A stretch of DNA of 64,000 bases from a virus: positions 32,001 to 96,000 of IMG/VR virus record IMGVR_UViG_3300022562_002256; one strand, written 5' to 3'. The translations under genes and the position numbers were made by a program. This document shows, piece by piece, positions 52,375 to 62,096 of this stretch. The notes beneath the pieces were generated by a model. The model was not told the origin of the DNA, did not search any database, and saw only the letters and a list, made by a program, of their open reading frames with translations. Numbering within the stretch: the stretch's first letter is position 1; every line of letters starts with the position of its first letter.

Positions 52375-53225
52375 TCAGAACGGGTGGCCTGACGAGTCTC
52401 GCGGCGGACGTGGAGACGGCGGTGCCACGGCGTCACCCGCCGGGTAAGTGCACGATGTGTGGGTGCGACACGGGGCCTGGGGTGTGGTTGTGTGGGCCGT
52501 GCGCGGTGGAGGATGCGCGGCAGCTCCAGGCGCGGGCGGACGAGGCGTGGCTGCGGGAGTACCGGCAGAGCATCGAGCGGGCGCGGCAGAGCATCCCGGA
52601 GCGGTTTCGCGGGCTCACGCCGAGCAACCCGCGTGTGCATGCGCTGCCGGCGGGGTCGCTCGCGGCGGTTCAGCGGGCGGTTGCCTCCGGGGATGTGACC
52701 ATCACGGGCGAGAGTGGGCGGGGCAAGACCACGGCGGCGGCGGCGATGCTGTGGGGGTTGTTCGAGGCGGGGCTCGCGGCGCCGCGCTCGGCGGTGGGGG
52801 CGCTGGCGCGTGGGGCCCGGCTCATCCACGCGCGCGATCTCGCCAAGTCGCGTGCGTTCGGCGACGGGGGGCGGGGTTATGGCGAGGAATCGGCGGAGAT
52901 GCTCATGGCGCACCACGCGACGGTGTTGGTGCTCGACAACGTGGGCGGCGAGGGGAATCAGCCGGGGCGCGCGGACATGATCGCGGAGGTGCTCCACGAC
53001 CGATACCAGCGCGCGGCTCGTACGGTGGTGACCACCACGTTGCCGCTTCGTGTGGCGGTGGATCGGTATGGGCCGGAGATCGGGCGGCGGCTGTTCGACA
53101 CGGCGCAAGTCACGGTGGTGTCGCTCGACCCGGTGCGGGGGGACGCGGGCGGTGGTGGGAGTACGCCGGCGCCGAAACGTGGGCGGGCGGTGCTCATGGG
53201 CGGAGGTGGTTCGGGTGGCTGGTAA
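52371..53225 (+). CDS. DnaC/IstB-like helicase loader ATPase
   Basis: CTMCGC..CGPC Zn motif; IPERF; GESGRGKT; VLVLDNVGGE; RYQ..TVVTT. Confidence 0.85.
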   Translation: MIRTGGLTSLAADVETAVPRRHPPGKCTMCGCDTGPGVWLCGPCAVEDARQLQARADEAWLREYRQSIERARQSIPERFRGLTPSNPRVHALPAGSLAAVQRAVASGDVTITGESGRGKTTAAAAMLWGLFEAGLAAPRSAVGALARGARLIHARDLAKSRAFGDGGRGYGEESAEMLMAHHATVLVLDNVGGEGNQPGRADMIAEVLHDRYQRAARTVVTTTLPLRVAVDRYGPEIGRRLFDTAQVTVVSLDPVRGDAGGGGSTPAPKRGRAVLMGGGGSGGW

Positions 53226-54825
53226 GCACGGCAAGGGCTACTCCGATGCGTATCCGGCTCGGCTCGAGCCCCCGATGGTGGCGGGGCGCGTGCCCCCGCA
53301 CGACCTCGAGGCGGAGGCGGCTTCGCTTAGCGCGGCGATGCTTGACCGTGGGGCCATGGCCACTGTGCTGGCGCTGTTGAAGCCGGTGCATCCCTACAGC
53401 GAAGCGAATGGGCGGATTCTGGCCGCTATCACGGACCTCGCGTCCACGGGGATCCCGGTGGACATCGTGTCGGTGGCTTCGTGGCTTCGTGACCGGGGGT
53501 GGCTGACGAGCGTGGGGGGGCCTGGTTACCTCGCGCAGATCGCCGACGCGACCCCGGCGGTTCACCACGTACGCGACCATGCCCGGACGGTGGTGGAAAA
53601 GTGGCTTGTACGGCAGGTGATCGCGACGTGCCAGCGCATCGCGGCGGAGGGGTACGGCGACGTTGGGCCGGCGCGTGATTTCGTGAACCGGGCGGCGGCG
53701 GCGCTCGCTGGACTGGCGCAGGACGGGTTCCGGGACGGGCGACCGATTGAGGTGGCCTCGGTGCTGAAGGCGGAAGTCGACCGATTGAGTCGGCAAGCCG
53801 ACCACCCCGAGGAATTCGGGGGCATCGCGACGCGGTACGCGAAGCTCGATGCGAAGCTGTCGGGCTTGCACGGGGGGGAATTGCTCATCTTGGCGGCACG
53901 ACCGGGTATGGGCAAGACCAGCCTGGCGCTGGGGATTGCCCTGAACGTGGCGGCGCCGGTGCGCGAGGAAGCGCCCCTGAGCGTGCCGCAGACGGGGGTT
54001 GTGTTCTTCTCGCACGAAATGCCGCGCGAACAGCTTCTAATGCGGTTGATTTGCTCGGAGGCGCGAGTAGAGCTTGGGCGCTACAGGCAGGCGGAGCGGC
54101 TCACCGGCGGCGATTGGGGGAGGATCTACCAGGCGGTGGACTTCCTTGTTGCTGCTGGGCGCAACCTGTGGATCGATGACACCCCGGCGCAGACGGTTGC
54201 GGCGATATCGGCCAAGGTGCGTGCGCTGCAGACGGAATACAACGTCGAGCCAAAATGGCAAGCATGCCCCACGTGCGGTGGCGTCATCACGCAGGTCGAG
54301 ATCGGCGTGCGGGCGTGGACGTGCCGGGCGTGCACGCCGGACGTGAGCGTCCCGGCGGCGGTGTGGTGGGACCAGCCCCCAGCGCAGTTGGTGCGCGAGC
54401 GCAAGGTGGGGCTGGTCGTGATCGATTATCTCCAGCTTATGAAGGGGCGCGAGGGGGTAGCGAGCCGCGAGCAAGAGATCGGGGAGATATCGAGGGGGTT
54501 GAAGCAAATGGCGAAGGAACTCGGCGTGCCGGTGCTCGCGCTCGCCCAACTCAGCCGCGCCGTCGAACGCCGACCCGACAAGCGCCCGCTGCTGTCCGAC
54601 CTTCGAGAATCGGGGAGCCTCGAGCAAGACGCCGACACCGTGATTTTTATCTACGTCGACGAGTACTACAACCCCGACACGGGGGCGAAAGGGCTGGCCG
54701 AGTTGCTCGTCGGCAAGCAGCGAAACGGCTCGACGGGCAAGGTGGTGGTGCGGTTTGAACGGGCATGCACGCGCTTTGACAACCTGGCAGAGGGTGATTA
54801 CCCTGAGTGGGCAACCGATGGGTGA
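53215..54825 (+). CDS. dnaB: Replicative DNA helicase
   Basis: PPHDLEAE, LAARPGMGKT, FSHEM, IDYLQLM, LAQLSR, DLRESGSLEQDAD, KQRNG. Confidence 0.97.
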   Translation: MAGKHGKGYSDAYPARLEPPMVAGRVPPHDLEAEAASLSAAMLDRGAMATVLALLKPVHPYSEANGRILAAITDLASTGIPVDIVSVASWLRDRGWLTSVGGPGYLAQIADATPAVHHVRDHARTVVEKWLVRQVIATCQRIAAEGYGDVGPARDFVNRAAAALAGLAQDGFRDGRPIEVASVLKAEVDRLSRQADHPEEFGGIATRYAKLDAKLSGLHGGELLILAARPGMGKTSLALGIALNVAAPVREEAPLSVPQTGVVFFSHEMPREQLLMRLICSEARVELGRYRQAERLTGGDWGRIYQAVDFLVAAGRNLWIDDTPAQTVAAISAKVRALQTEYNVEPKWQACPTCGGVITQVEIGVRAWTCRACTPDVSVPAAVWWDQPPAQLVRERKVGLVVIDYLQLMKGREGVASREQEIGEISRGLKQMAKELGVPVLALAQLSRAVERRPDKRPLLSDLRESGSLEQDADTVIFIYVDEYYNPDTGAKGLAELLVGKQRNGSTGKVVVRFERACTRFDNLAEGDYPEWATDG

Positions 54826-54903
54826 TCCGATACAAGCGCCCGTCCCGTCCCGGTGCGGGGACATGGTGAAGAGGTGTGCGGCCTGCCTGCGGATGAGGTG
54901 GTG

Positions 54904-55179
54904 ATGACAAGGTTCCGGGCGTTGATCGCTGTCAGCATCGGCAACCGTGTGCTCGGCGTCGCGTGTTTTTGCGGTGCCGCATACCTGGCCATCCGGGAAG
55001 GCCAGGTATACAGGGCGCTCTTGGGGGTGTTTTTGGCAGGGCTTACGTGTGCCGTCGGTGTGTTTGATACGATTGGAATTTGGAGGTGCGCACGTGGAGT
55101 CCCAGGGCGCGCTCCGAGTCGTGCGGCGGTGGCTGGATGGACTACCCGTTCCCCCACGGTGCGGTCACGCCGTGCATAG
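54904..55179 (+). CDS. Small two-TM membrane protein
   Basis: Two hydrophobic segments. Confidence 0.4.
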   Translation: MTRFRALIAVSIGNRVLGVACFCGAAYLAIREGQVYRALLGVFLAGLTCAVGVFDTIGIWRCARGVPGRAPSRAAVAGWTTRSPTVRSRRA

Positions 55180-55315
55180 CGGCCGGGCGACCGTCATGCG
55201 CGGCTGGCCATGCATGAAATCGGCGACCCGGATCGTGGGAATGGACATCGGTCACATGGACGTGCTGTGCGACACGGCGCACCCCGAGATCGAACCGCGG
55301 GGCGAATGGATGTGA
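55094..55315 (+). CDS. Hypothetical protein
   Basis: GGAGGT RBS with GTG start. Confidence 0.45.
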   Translation: MESQGALRVVRRWLDGLPVPPRCGHAVHSGRATVMRGWPCMKSATRIVGMDIGHMDVLCDTAHPEIEPRGEWM

Positions 55316-55369
55316 GTGGTGGCCGATCGTGATGGAGCCGTGGGACGGAGGCGAGGAGCAGAAAGACTA

Positions 55370-56200
55370 ATGAGACATGGCACATATGTGGGGATCAGCG
55401 GGTTTACGGCGGCGGCTGAGGCGCGGGCCGCGCTCGCGCACTTCCGTGGGGTCGGCCTGGCGGCAGCGGGGTGGTTGCTCGGCGTTGGGGTGCTGACGTC
55501 GACCAAGACGCTCCTCGGGCGGTCGAACAGGTGGCCCCTGCGCTACCCACGGTCAGTGTCGGACGTCGAAACGATATTTTTGGACGAGCCCGAAGTGCTT
55601 AACGTGGTGCACGTCTCCCACGACCCAACCCTCGGGGTGCCGGTCTTGGTCGACCTCCAACGGGGGCTCTCCGCCGGGGGGTCGCTGTGTCACGGGCTGC
55701 AAATCAACGGTCTCGCTCTTTGGGACGCACCAACACCGCGACAGCGGCTGGACGAGATGTGGGGCCTGGCCATGTTCCGCGAGCGGCACCCGGACATCCG
55801 TGTCGTCCTGCAGGTGCGGCCGGGCGAGACCGCGGCTCACGACGCGGGGGGGATCCGCATGGTAGCCGGCCTGGTGACGGACGTGCTGCTCGACCCGAGC
55901 GGGGGGCAAGGGCGTCAGAGTGCCTTTGACGGCGTCGGGTTGGCAGCGCGATGCGTCGAGATCCGTGAGGCTTGCCCGTCGGTGAGGGTCGGCGTCGCCG
56001 GCGGCTTGGACGCGGCACTGGTTGAGCAATATGAGCCGACGCCTCTCGGCTACCTGTGGCGCAACCGAGAGGCGAGTAGCGACGCCGAGGGTCGGTTGCG
56101 TGACGATGAGCCGGGTGGCGGACGCCTTGTCGCCGAGAATGTGCGAGCCTACCTGGAGGCGATGGCAAGATGTGGAGGGGCGGCCGGTGTGCCGGTGTGA
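55370..56200 (+). CDS. TrpF-like TIM-barrel protein
   Basis: YVGISG, GLQIN, VLLDPSGGQG, VGVAGGL, SSDAEGRLRD. Confidence 0.65.
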   Translation: MRHGTYVGISGFTAAAEARAALAHFRGVGLAAAGWLLGVGVLTSTKTLLGRSNRWPLRYPRSVSDVETIFLDEPEVLNVVHVSHDPTLGVPVLVDLQRGLSAGGSLCHGLQINGLALWDAPTPRQRLDEMWGLAMFRERHPDIRVVLQVRPGETAAHDAGGIRMVAGLVTDVLLDPSGGQGRQSAFDGVGLAARCVEIREACPSVRVGVAGGLDAALVEQYEPTPLGYLWRNREASSDAEGRLRDDEPGGGRLVAENVRAYLEAMARCGGAAGVPV

Positions 56201-56203
56201 GAG

Positions 56204-56635
56204 ATGACGCGCGATGATGTTCTCAGACCGGGGTGGTGGGGGCTCCCGGGCCCCGACGGTAACCAGTTGGTGCGGCTTTCTGCTCAGGAAATTGCGGTTA
56301 AGTCGGATGAGCCGGGGTGCGAGCAGGAGTCGTCGTGGCAGTTCGTGGTGGACCCCCAATTGCCATGGGAGTATCTGGGCGACGGCGACTACCCCGAACC
56401 GACCGAGTGGCTTTTGGGGATATGCACCGAAGTGGCGCTGATAATGGTGTATGGCCAACAGGCGGCGCGCGGCGAGATGGCCAGCTACGCGGCGGCAGGC
56501 TACATGCGCGCGACGCGAGCGCTGCTCATGGGGGAGCCGATCGGCGACGAGGAGCACGCCGCGCTGGATGATCCCGCGGTCAAGGCGGTGATTCGGCTTT
56601 TTCGGGATCGGCTGCTCATGACCAGCACGTGGTGA
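56204..56635 (+). CDS. Hypothetical protein
   Basis: 143-aa coupled ORF. Confidence 0.6.
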   Translation: MTRDDVLRPGWWGLPGPDGNQLVRLSAQEIAVKSDEPGCEQESSWQFVVDPQLPWEYLGDGDYPEPTEWLLGICTEVALIMVYGQQAARGEMASYAAAGYMRATRALLMGEPIGDEEHAALDDPAVKAVIRLFRDRLLMTSTW

Positions 56636-56724
56636 CGCCGATCGCGGCGATCAAAGAAATGTAGGTGTGGTGGGACGGCCCCGGCGCGCCCGGACGCCAT
56701 GGGGGAAGGCGGGGCCCATGCCCC

Positions 56725-56753
56725 TTGACACACGCGCTGCGGATGGTTATGCC
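56725..56753 (+). promoter_or_regulatory. sigma70-type promoter
   Basis: TTGACA-17-TATGCC preceded by ATGGT; closely resembles 41166-41194. Confidence 0.7.
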
Positions 56754-56772
56754 TCATCGCAAGGAGCGAGTC

Positions 56773-56997
56773 ATGACGACCCATCGCAAACAGCGCATTG
56801 CGCCTCGCACGTGCCCTTTCATCGAGGGAGCCGACCAAGAGATCATGGACTTTATGCCCGCCGGCTTTGGCGCCTTCATGGCGGCTCGCGGCGAAGATGA
56901 GCCGGGGGGGGTATCCGCTGCCGCTGAGCTGATGCTGGGATCGATGGCTGGGGACGAGGACGAGGCGGACTCCGACGGTGGGGGAATTGCCCCGTGA
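56773..56997 (+). CDS. Hypothetical acidic protein
   Basis: AAGGAG RBS. Confidence 0.6.
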   Translation: MTTHRKQRIAPRTCPFIEGADQEIMDFMPAGFGAFMAARGEDEPGGVSAAAELMLGSMAGDEDEADSDGGGIAP

Positions 56998-58346
56998 CCG
57001 TGAAACTGTACAAACTCACCCGTGATGGGTGTAGCCCGCATACAGGTTACGAGTGGTCGCTTCCGACGCGCTCGGCGCCGGGTGGTTGGCACACGGTGGA
57101 CGCGGGGCCACTCGTACCCCACAAAAACGCGTTCCACCTCACATCGAAGCCGAAGGCCCACTGGAGCGCCGGGCTCGAGGTGTGGGAGGTCGAGGCCGTG
57201 GGCACTAAGCGGCTCGTCAACTGCAGCGAGGCGGAGTACATCGCTCGCAAGGTGCGGTTCGTTCGGCGGCTGACGCCGCGTGAACTCGACGCTTTGGATG
57301 TTGGCGTTGAGCGAACATATCGAACATCGCATCGAGCCGGCGTTCGGCGCCGCGTTCCCAAGGGGATGAGCCCCGTGATGCAGGTGTTGACGGTGGTGCG
57401 TGATCACGCGCTCACGGCCGGTAACCGTCGGGGCGACAACATGTTTGCCTACGTGATGCGTCGCCTGTTCGACGTGGTGGTCGAGGCGCGAATGGACTTC
57501 GCGCCGGCGGACTTCGCCGAGATCGCTAAGCTGGGGGGCTTGGGAGTCGGGAGCGAGGCGGTTTATGCGGCACTGGTGCAGAGCGGCAACGCGTCGGCGT
57601 TGAAAGCGTGGGAGGCGTGGCAGGGGCGCACGCCGTGGATGTGGCAGGGGCGGCGCCTCTACGTCGGCGCGCCGCTGAGATGGCGAGGCCGTGAGTGCAA
57701 GGTCACGGCCATTGACGACGCCACAGGCACAATCCGTGCCTGTGCCTACCACCAACGCCAATACAACGATCGAGGATACCCGATAGACGACTTGCGGGTG
57801 TCCCAAAGGCACCGGATCACGAAGGCGGCGCTTGCGGACGCGGACAAGGCGCAAAAGTTGGCGGACGCGTGGCTTGAGAAGAGCGCTGCGCTCGCCAAGT
57901 TGATCTACGGGAAGCAAACGTCCCGTCCGCGCCGCCATCGCTCTGCCGCACACGCGGCGTTTTGGATGGGCGATCACGCCATCATGATCGCGATGTGGTC
58001 GGCGGAGGAGCGTGCGGAGGCCGAGGAGTGGGCGCGGCTTCGCGACGCCGACCGCGGGAAGACGCGCGTCAGGGTAGCCGCCCCCCCGGTGTGTGTGCTG
58101 GCCACGGCCGATGCCATAAAGCTCCACAAGGACGCTGAGACGGCGGCCTCTCGGGCGTTTGGAGACGCGTTGGCGGCCCGCGGAACGAGCGCGGCTTCTC
58201 CGGTGTATGAGCCTGTGACTGGGACGCCCGTGTGTGCGGCGAGCGAGGCGCTGGGGCGTTGGGCGGAGGCGGCATGCGCCGGCTTCCCGGCGCAACACCT
58301 TGCCCCATCGACGAAGGTGCCCGCTAGGAAGGCAAGGGCGGCGTGA
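56994..58346 (+). CDS. Hypothetical multidomain protein
   Basis: 450 aa; N-terminal YKLT..GYEW..NAFH..WEVE..ARKVRFVRRL phage-type domain. Confidence 0.7.
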   Translation: MTVKLYKLTRDGCSPHTGYEWSLPTRSAPGGWHTVDAGPLVPHKNAFHLTSKPKAHWSAGLEVWEVEAVGTKRLVNCSEAEYIARKVRFVRRLTPRELDALDVGVERTYRTSHRAGVRRRVPKGMSPVMQVLTVVRDHALTAGNRRGDNMFAYVMRRLFDVVVEARMDFAPADFAEIAKLGGLGVGSEAVYAALVQSGNASALKAWEAWQGRTPWMWQGRRLYVGAPLRWRGRECKVTAIDDATGTIRACAYHQRQYNDRGYPIDDLRVSQRHRITKAALADADKAQKLADAWLEKSAALAKLIYGKQTSRPRRHRSAAHAAFWMGDHAIMIAMWSAEERAEAEEWARLRDADRGKTRVRVAAPPVCVLATADAIKLHKDAETAASRAFGDALAARGTSAASPVYEPVTGTPVCAASEALGRWAEAACAGFPAQHLAPSTKVPARKARAA

Positions 58347-58469
58347 GCGGGGTCTGGCTTCTTGCGGTCACGGCTTGCACGGCCTACCAGCGGACGAGAC
58401 CGACCACGGGGTGTGCGCGTGGCTGTGGACATCCGGCCATGACGTCGGCCGCGCGATAGCGAGGCGGAC

Positions 58470-58658
58470 GTGCTAAGCCTTTCAACTCGCCTGCTCGTGG
58501 TCGGTGTGGTCTGGGGGTTGATGGTGGCATGGGGTTTTGTCGCTGGCGTCGTCGACGGGTATAGAGGCGTAGTCGGTGACCTGAATCACCCGCTGGCCGT
58601 CGTTTGGATGCCTGGCAGGAAGGTCGGCGCGTGGTTGCGTCGGCACGGTCGGAGGTAA
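58470..58658 (+). CDS. Small membrane protein
   Basis: One transmembrane segment. Confidence 0.45.
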   Translation: MLSLSTRLLVVGVVWGLMVAWGFVAGVVDGYRGVVGDLNHPLAVVWMPGRKVGAWLRRHGRR

Positions 58659-58660
58659 GC

Positions 58661-59023
58661 ATGGGAACGTTTTACGGCTTGTTTACGCAGAGCGGTGAGG
58701 GGTGTGACTACACGATCGGCTGTGGTATGGTGTGGCGAAAGCTGAGGGCCACCACGCCGGAGGAGGCAGTGACCGAGGCGATGGGTGCGTTCTCGCTCGA
58801 GGTGTCGGACGTCCACAACATCGAGGTCATTCGTGTCGTCGAGGTCGCGGCTGAGATTGACCTGGCTGATGAGATAAAGGCGGCACGGCAGGTCATCAAA
58901 GAAGAGCGTGCCGCGTCGGCGCGGGCCGCGAAGCGTGCCCAGATCGAGCGACTGCAACGAGAGTTGGATGGCGTCGAGGGGGAGGCGGCGAGCATCGCAC
59001 GGTGCGATCACCGCCACGGTTAG
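58661..59023 (+). CDS. Hypothetical protein
   Basis: GGAGGT RBS; GEGCDYTIGCG; C-terminal coiled coil. Confidence 0.7.
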   Translation: MGTFYGLFTQSGEGCDYTIGCGMVWRKLRATTPEEAVTEAMGAFSLEVSDVHNIEVIRVVEVAAEIDLADEIKAARQVIKEERAASARAAKRAQIERLQRELDGVEGEAASIARCDHRHG

Positions 59024-59042
59024 TGGCCAAAGGAGGAGAACG

Positions 59043-59363
59043 ATGAGCAGAGGTGCGTGGGTAGTATCCATGGTAATGGTCGTGGTGCTCGGGATGATTT
59101 CGACCTTGGGTGCGGTCGAGTGCGCCACAGGCGACAAGATACGGAGCGCCGCCGAGGACGAGGCGCGAACGTTCGCGCAGACCCTCGGCTTGGATGACGT
59201 CGGCGTGTCGTGCGCCGACGTAGACAGCGACGGCGACGGGTACGTGAGCTGCGCGATCAACGCGGGGGCAGCCGGATTTCGTGCGGTTGAGTGCCGCAGT
59301 CGGTGGGCGATTGGGCATGGGTGCCGCGTTCCGAAGTTGCGCGCGGTCAGCCAAGAGCCGTAA
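59043..59363 (+). CDS. Exported Cys-containing protein
   Basis: AGGAGGAG RBS; TM or signal segment; SCADVDSDGDGYVSC. Confidence 0.7.
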   Translation: MSRGAWVVSMVMVVVLGMISTLGAVECATGDKIRSAAEDEARTFAQTLGLDDVGVSCADVDSDGDGYVSCAINAGAAGFRAVECRSRWAIGHGCRVPKLRAVSQEP

Positions 59364-59431
59364 CGACCACGCCGATCGAGGCGTCGACAACGGCGCCGGG
59401 GCGACTTATACTGCTGACCGAGCGGACAGCC

Positions 59432-59692
59432 ATGGCGATGTGTCGGAAGTGCAACAGGGGTGGGACAAAGAGGCACGCACGTGGCTGTCCGCGTCGGGGG
59501 GCGTGCCACAAGAAGGGAGCCGCCGCGCGAGCGGCGTACGAGCAGCGGATGGTCGCCGCGAACGCGGAACTCGAGGCGGCAAACCAGGTGCTCGCAGAGC
59601 TGCAGCGGTTGCAGCGCGGGAAGGCGGGCGACTTCCGCGTGGTGTCGTTTGCCGTGCCAGTCCGGTGGACAGAGCACCCGCTTCCGCCGTGA
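59432..59692 (+). CDS. Hypothetical Zn/coiled-coil protein
   Basis: CRKC..H..GC. Confidence 0.5.
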   Translation: MAMCRKCNRGGTKRHARGCPRRGACHKKGAAARAAYEQRMVAANAELEAANQVLAELQRLQRGKAGDFRVVSFAVPVRWTEHPLPP

Positions 59693-60120
59693 GCACGATG
59701 CGGTTGGCGTGCCGGTGCTGTGGCGACGAGGCTTGTTTGCCGACGTTGCCGGATGTTGGCGAGGACGCGTTCTGCGACCATTGCCGCAGCGTGGTAGAAC
59801 GAACCCCGCCGCCCAAACGAGCGGCGTGCTCACGTGATGAGCACGTGGGTGACGTGTGGCGAACCACGTTGGACGTGCTGGCCGAGGACGCCGCCGATGC
59901 GGCGTGGAGCGAAGAGGAGTGGTGGAGCGAACCACCACGAAGGGACACCTATGGGTATCATCACGGTTGAGTGGGTCGCGCGCTACCTGTTGACGGCGGA
60001 GGTGTGGGCCGAGGTCGGGTGGCTCGCGGCGGGGGACACGGCTGGGCCCCACGCGGTTGGGTACGCGTCTGCTCTCGCAGAGGGGGAACGCCGCTTGCGC
60101 GCGGCGGTGGGTGGGTCGGC

Positions 60121-60795
60121 GTGATCCTTGGTCCGACCGAGATCGATGTCGTACGCCGGGTACTACTCCGTGGCGTGGTAGACATGGCCGCCGCGGACGT
60201 TGCGGCGGCGCGCGCGTTGCTTGCACGCATTGAGCGCGAGCACGTCGTGCGGGGCGCGCGCGTGTTCTCCTTGGAGTTGGGCATCGGGTCCGAGGCGACC
60301 AAGCAAGTGAAGAAGTGGGTGGCGGCGCGAAGGGAATTCAGAAAGAAACTGGGCGTCAAAAGGCTAAAAAAAGGCGAGGGCCCCGCGATAAGCGTGTTGG
60401 TATGGGCACCTACGCTTAACGAGTACAACGGACTGGACAGTCGGCAAAAGGAGCAACTCCGTAAGGCCATCGACGCGAGGATCGTCGAGACGCGGGAGGG
60501 GTGGCCGGACTGGCACGCCGGGTTTCGAGAGGGAGCATCCGTGGCACGCGGCAAAGTTCGGGTGGCTCGCGAAGGGGGGCGCCGCCGAGCGGTGGTGGTA
60601 ACGAGATACTCGAGCCGGCGTGTGGACGAGGTGAGCGTCGATGTGTGTGGGGGAAAGATGCCGATCGACAGGCTGGTGTTGGCGGGCGTGCTCCGTGGCG
60701 ACACCGATGAGTGGCTCGTGCGCGAGGCGGCATGGGTGCCAGTGGCGCCGGGGCATGGCAAGGTCGTAGTGGATGTGTACGAGATTGGAGGATAG
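60121..60795 (+). CDS. RusA-like Holliday junction resolvase
   Basis: PTLNEY, RRVDEVSVD..GGKMPIDRLVLAGVLRGDTDEW..GKVVVDVYE. Confidence 0.55.
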   Translation: MILGPTEIDVVRRVLLRGVVDMAAADVAAARALLARIEREHVVRGARVFSLELGIGSEATKQVKKWVAARREFRKKLGVKRLKKGEGPAISVLVWAPTLNEYNGLDSRQKEQLRKAIDARIVETREGWPDWHAGFREGASVARGKVRVAREGGRRRAVVVTRYSSRRVDEVSVDVCGGKMPIDRLVLAGVLRGDTDEWLVREAAWVPVAPGHGKVVVDVYEIGG

Positions 60796-60797
60796 CC

Positions 60798-61181
60798 GTG
60801 GGTTCGTTCCGCATCGCTCCGTACACCGGGAGAACGCAGTCAACCATCGGCCGCCGAAACGCGGTGCTTATCCGGAGCGAGGCCGGGGCATGTAGGGTCG
60901 TCGCGGCAGACGTAGACTCGTACGTCGGCGAGGTTTTGCACAAAACCTACGGCGCGAGCGACGGGTTTGACCTCGAGTTGGGGGTGGATGTCGAGGACTT
61001 GGAGCCCGGACTTTGGGTGGCGGACATCGCCATTCGAGGGCTCGGGCCGCCAGCCTGGTTCGGTGTCGAGCGCGACTGGCGGGTCGACTTGACGGGAGCG
61101 CGGCGGGCGACATCAGAAGACGTGTCCTCGTTCGGGCCGGGTGGTGACGAAGCCCAGATCGCCACGCTGGTTGATGCGTAG
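60798..61181 (+). CDS. Hypothetical protein
   Basis: GGAGG RBS with GTG start. Confidence 0.55.
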   Translation: MGSFRIAPYTGRTQSTIGRRNAVLIRSEAGACRVVAADVDSYVGEVLHKTYGASDGFDLELGVDVEDLEPGLWVADIAIRGLGPPAWFGVERDWRVDLTGARRATSEDVSSFGPGGDEAQIATLVDA

Positions 61182-61213
61182 CGTTTTGGTGGTTATGGGT
61201 AGGATGTGGAAGG

Positions 61214-61606
61214 ATGGTCGATATGAGCCCGGGCGACCTTGTAGAACTCCTGGCGGCGGTCAGCGGGGTGTTCGCGGCATGCCTACGCGATGGCGGTGAT
61301 GTGCCGACGTGTGTGCGTTGTGGCGGCATCGGGGCGATGCTGTGCGAGGAAACCGCGGGCCATGTTATCGGGACGGTGTGCCCTGAGTGTGAGCGCCCGA
61401 CGGACCACGCCGTCTACGGTGGCCGGCGTGTTAACCGGGCGGTCAAGCGCCTGGACCGACTCCTCCGGCGGCTTGAACGACAGCGAAATGTGGCGAAGGG
61501 CGTGCGAGCTGTGGCACCGTTCCTGGACAGTGACCCCGCGCGAGCAGCAGCGGTGCGTCCACAAGACATCGACTGGCACCTCGAACCAGACGAGATGAAG
61601 CCGTAG
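61214..61606 (+). CDS. Hypothetical Zn-ribbon protein
   Basis: CVRCGG..CPEC. Confidence 0.55.
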   Translation: MVDMSPGDLVELLAAVSGVFAACLRDGGDVPTCVRCGGIGAMLCEETAGHVIGTVCPECERPTDHAVYGGRRVNRAVKRLDRLLRRLERQRNVAKGVRAVAPFLDSDPARAAAVRPQDIDWHLEPDEMKP

Positions 61607-61649
61607 GCCCCTCAGTCGACTTTGTGGGTATCGTGGTTATCCAAGGGGC

Positions 61650-62096
61650 ATGAAGAGATGGTCGACTACTAGTGACTCACGGGTCGAGTCCCCGCGCGCC
61701 GATGCGTTTTTGGCCGACCTCGAGGCTGTGTTTGCGAGGCACGGCCTGTCGATTGGACACGAGGACAGCCAGGGGGCTTTCATCATCGAGCCCTTCGACG
61801 AGTACAACGTGCGGTGGCTTCGCTCTGCTCATGTCGGTGACATCGGGCCTGACCCGGGCATTGCAGCGCTTGTCGATGGCCATGGCGACCTCGCCCGCGC
61901 GGCGATGACGGCCGAGCGTCGCGCGCTGCTTACGGGCATCGCGGCGGCAGCCTTGTGGGTTCCAGTCAGTGACGTGGTCGTCGACGACGACGGCCGAGTC
62001 TCGCTCGGCTGTGCTCTCACCTCGTCGGAGAACGACGCGCTCGCGATTGTGATGCGCCACGCCATGGGAGAGAACGATGGTAGCGCTAGTCGTTGA
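61650..62096 (+). CDS. Hypothetical protein
   Basis: FLADLEAVFARHGLSIGHEDSQGAFII. Confidence 0.6.
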   Translation: MKRWSTTSDSRVESPRADAFLADLEAVFARHGLSIGHEDSQGAFIIEPFDEYNVRWLRSAHVGDIGPDPGIAALVDGHGDLARAAMTAERRALLTGIAAAALWVPVSDVVVDDDGRVSLGCALTSSENDALAIVMRHAMGENDGSASR

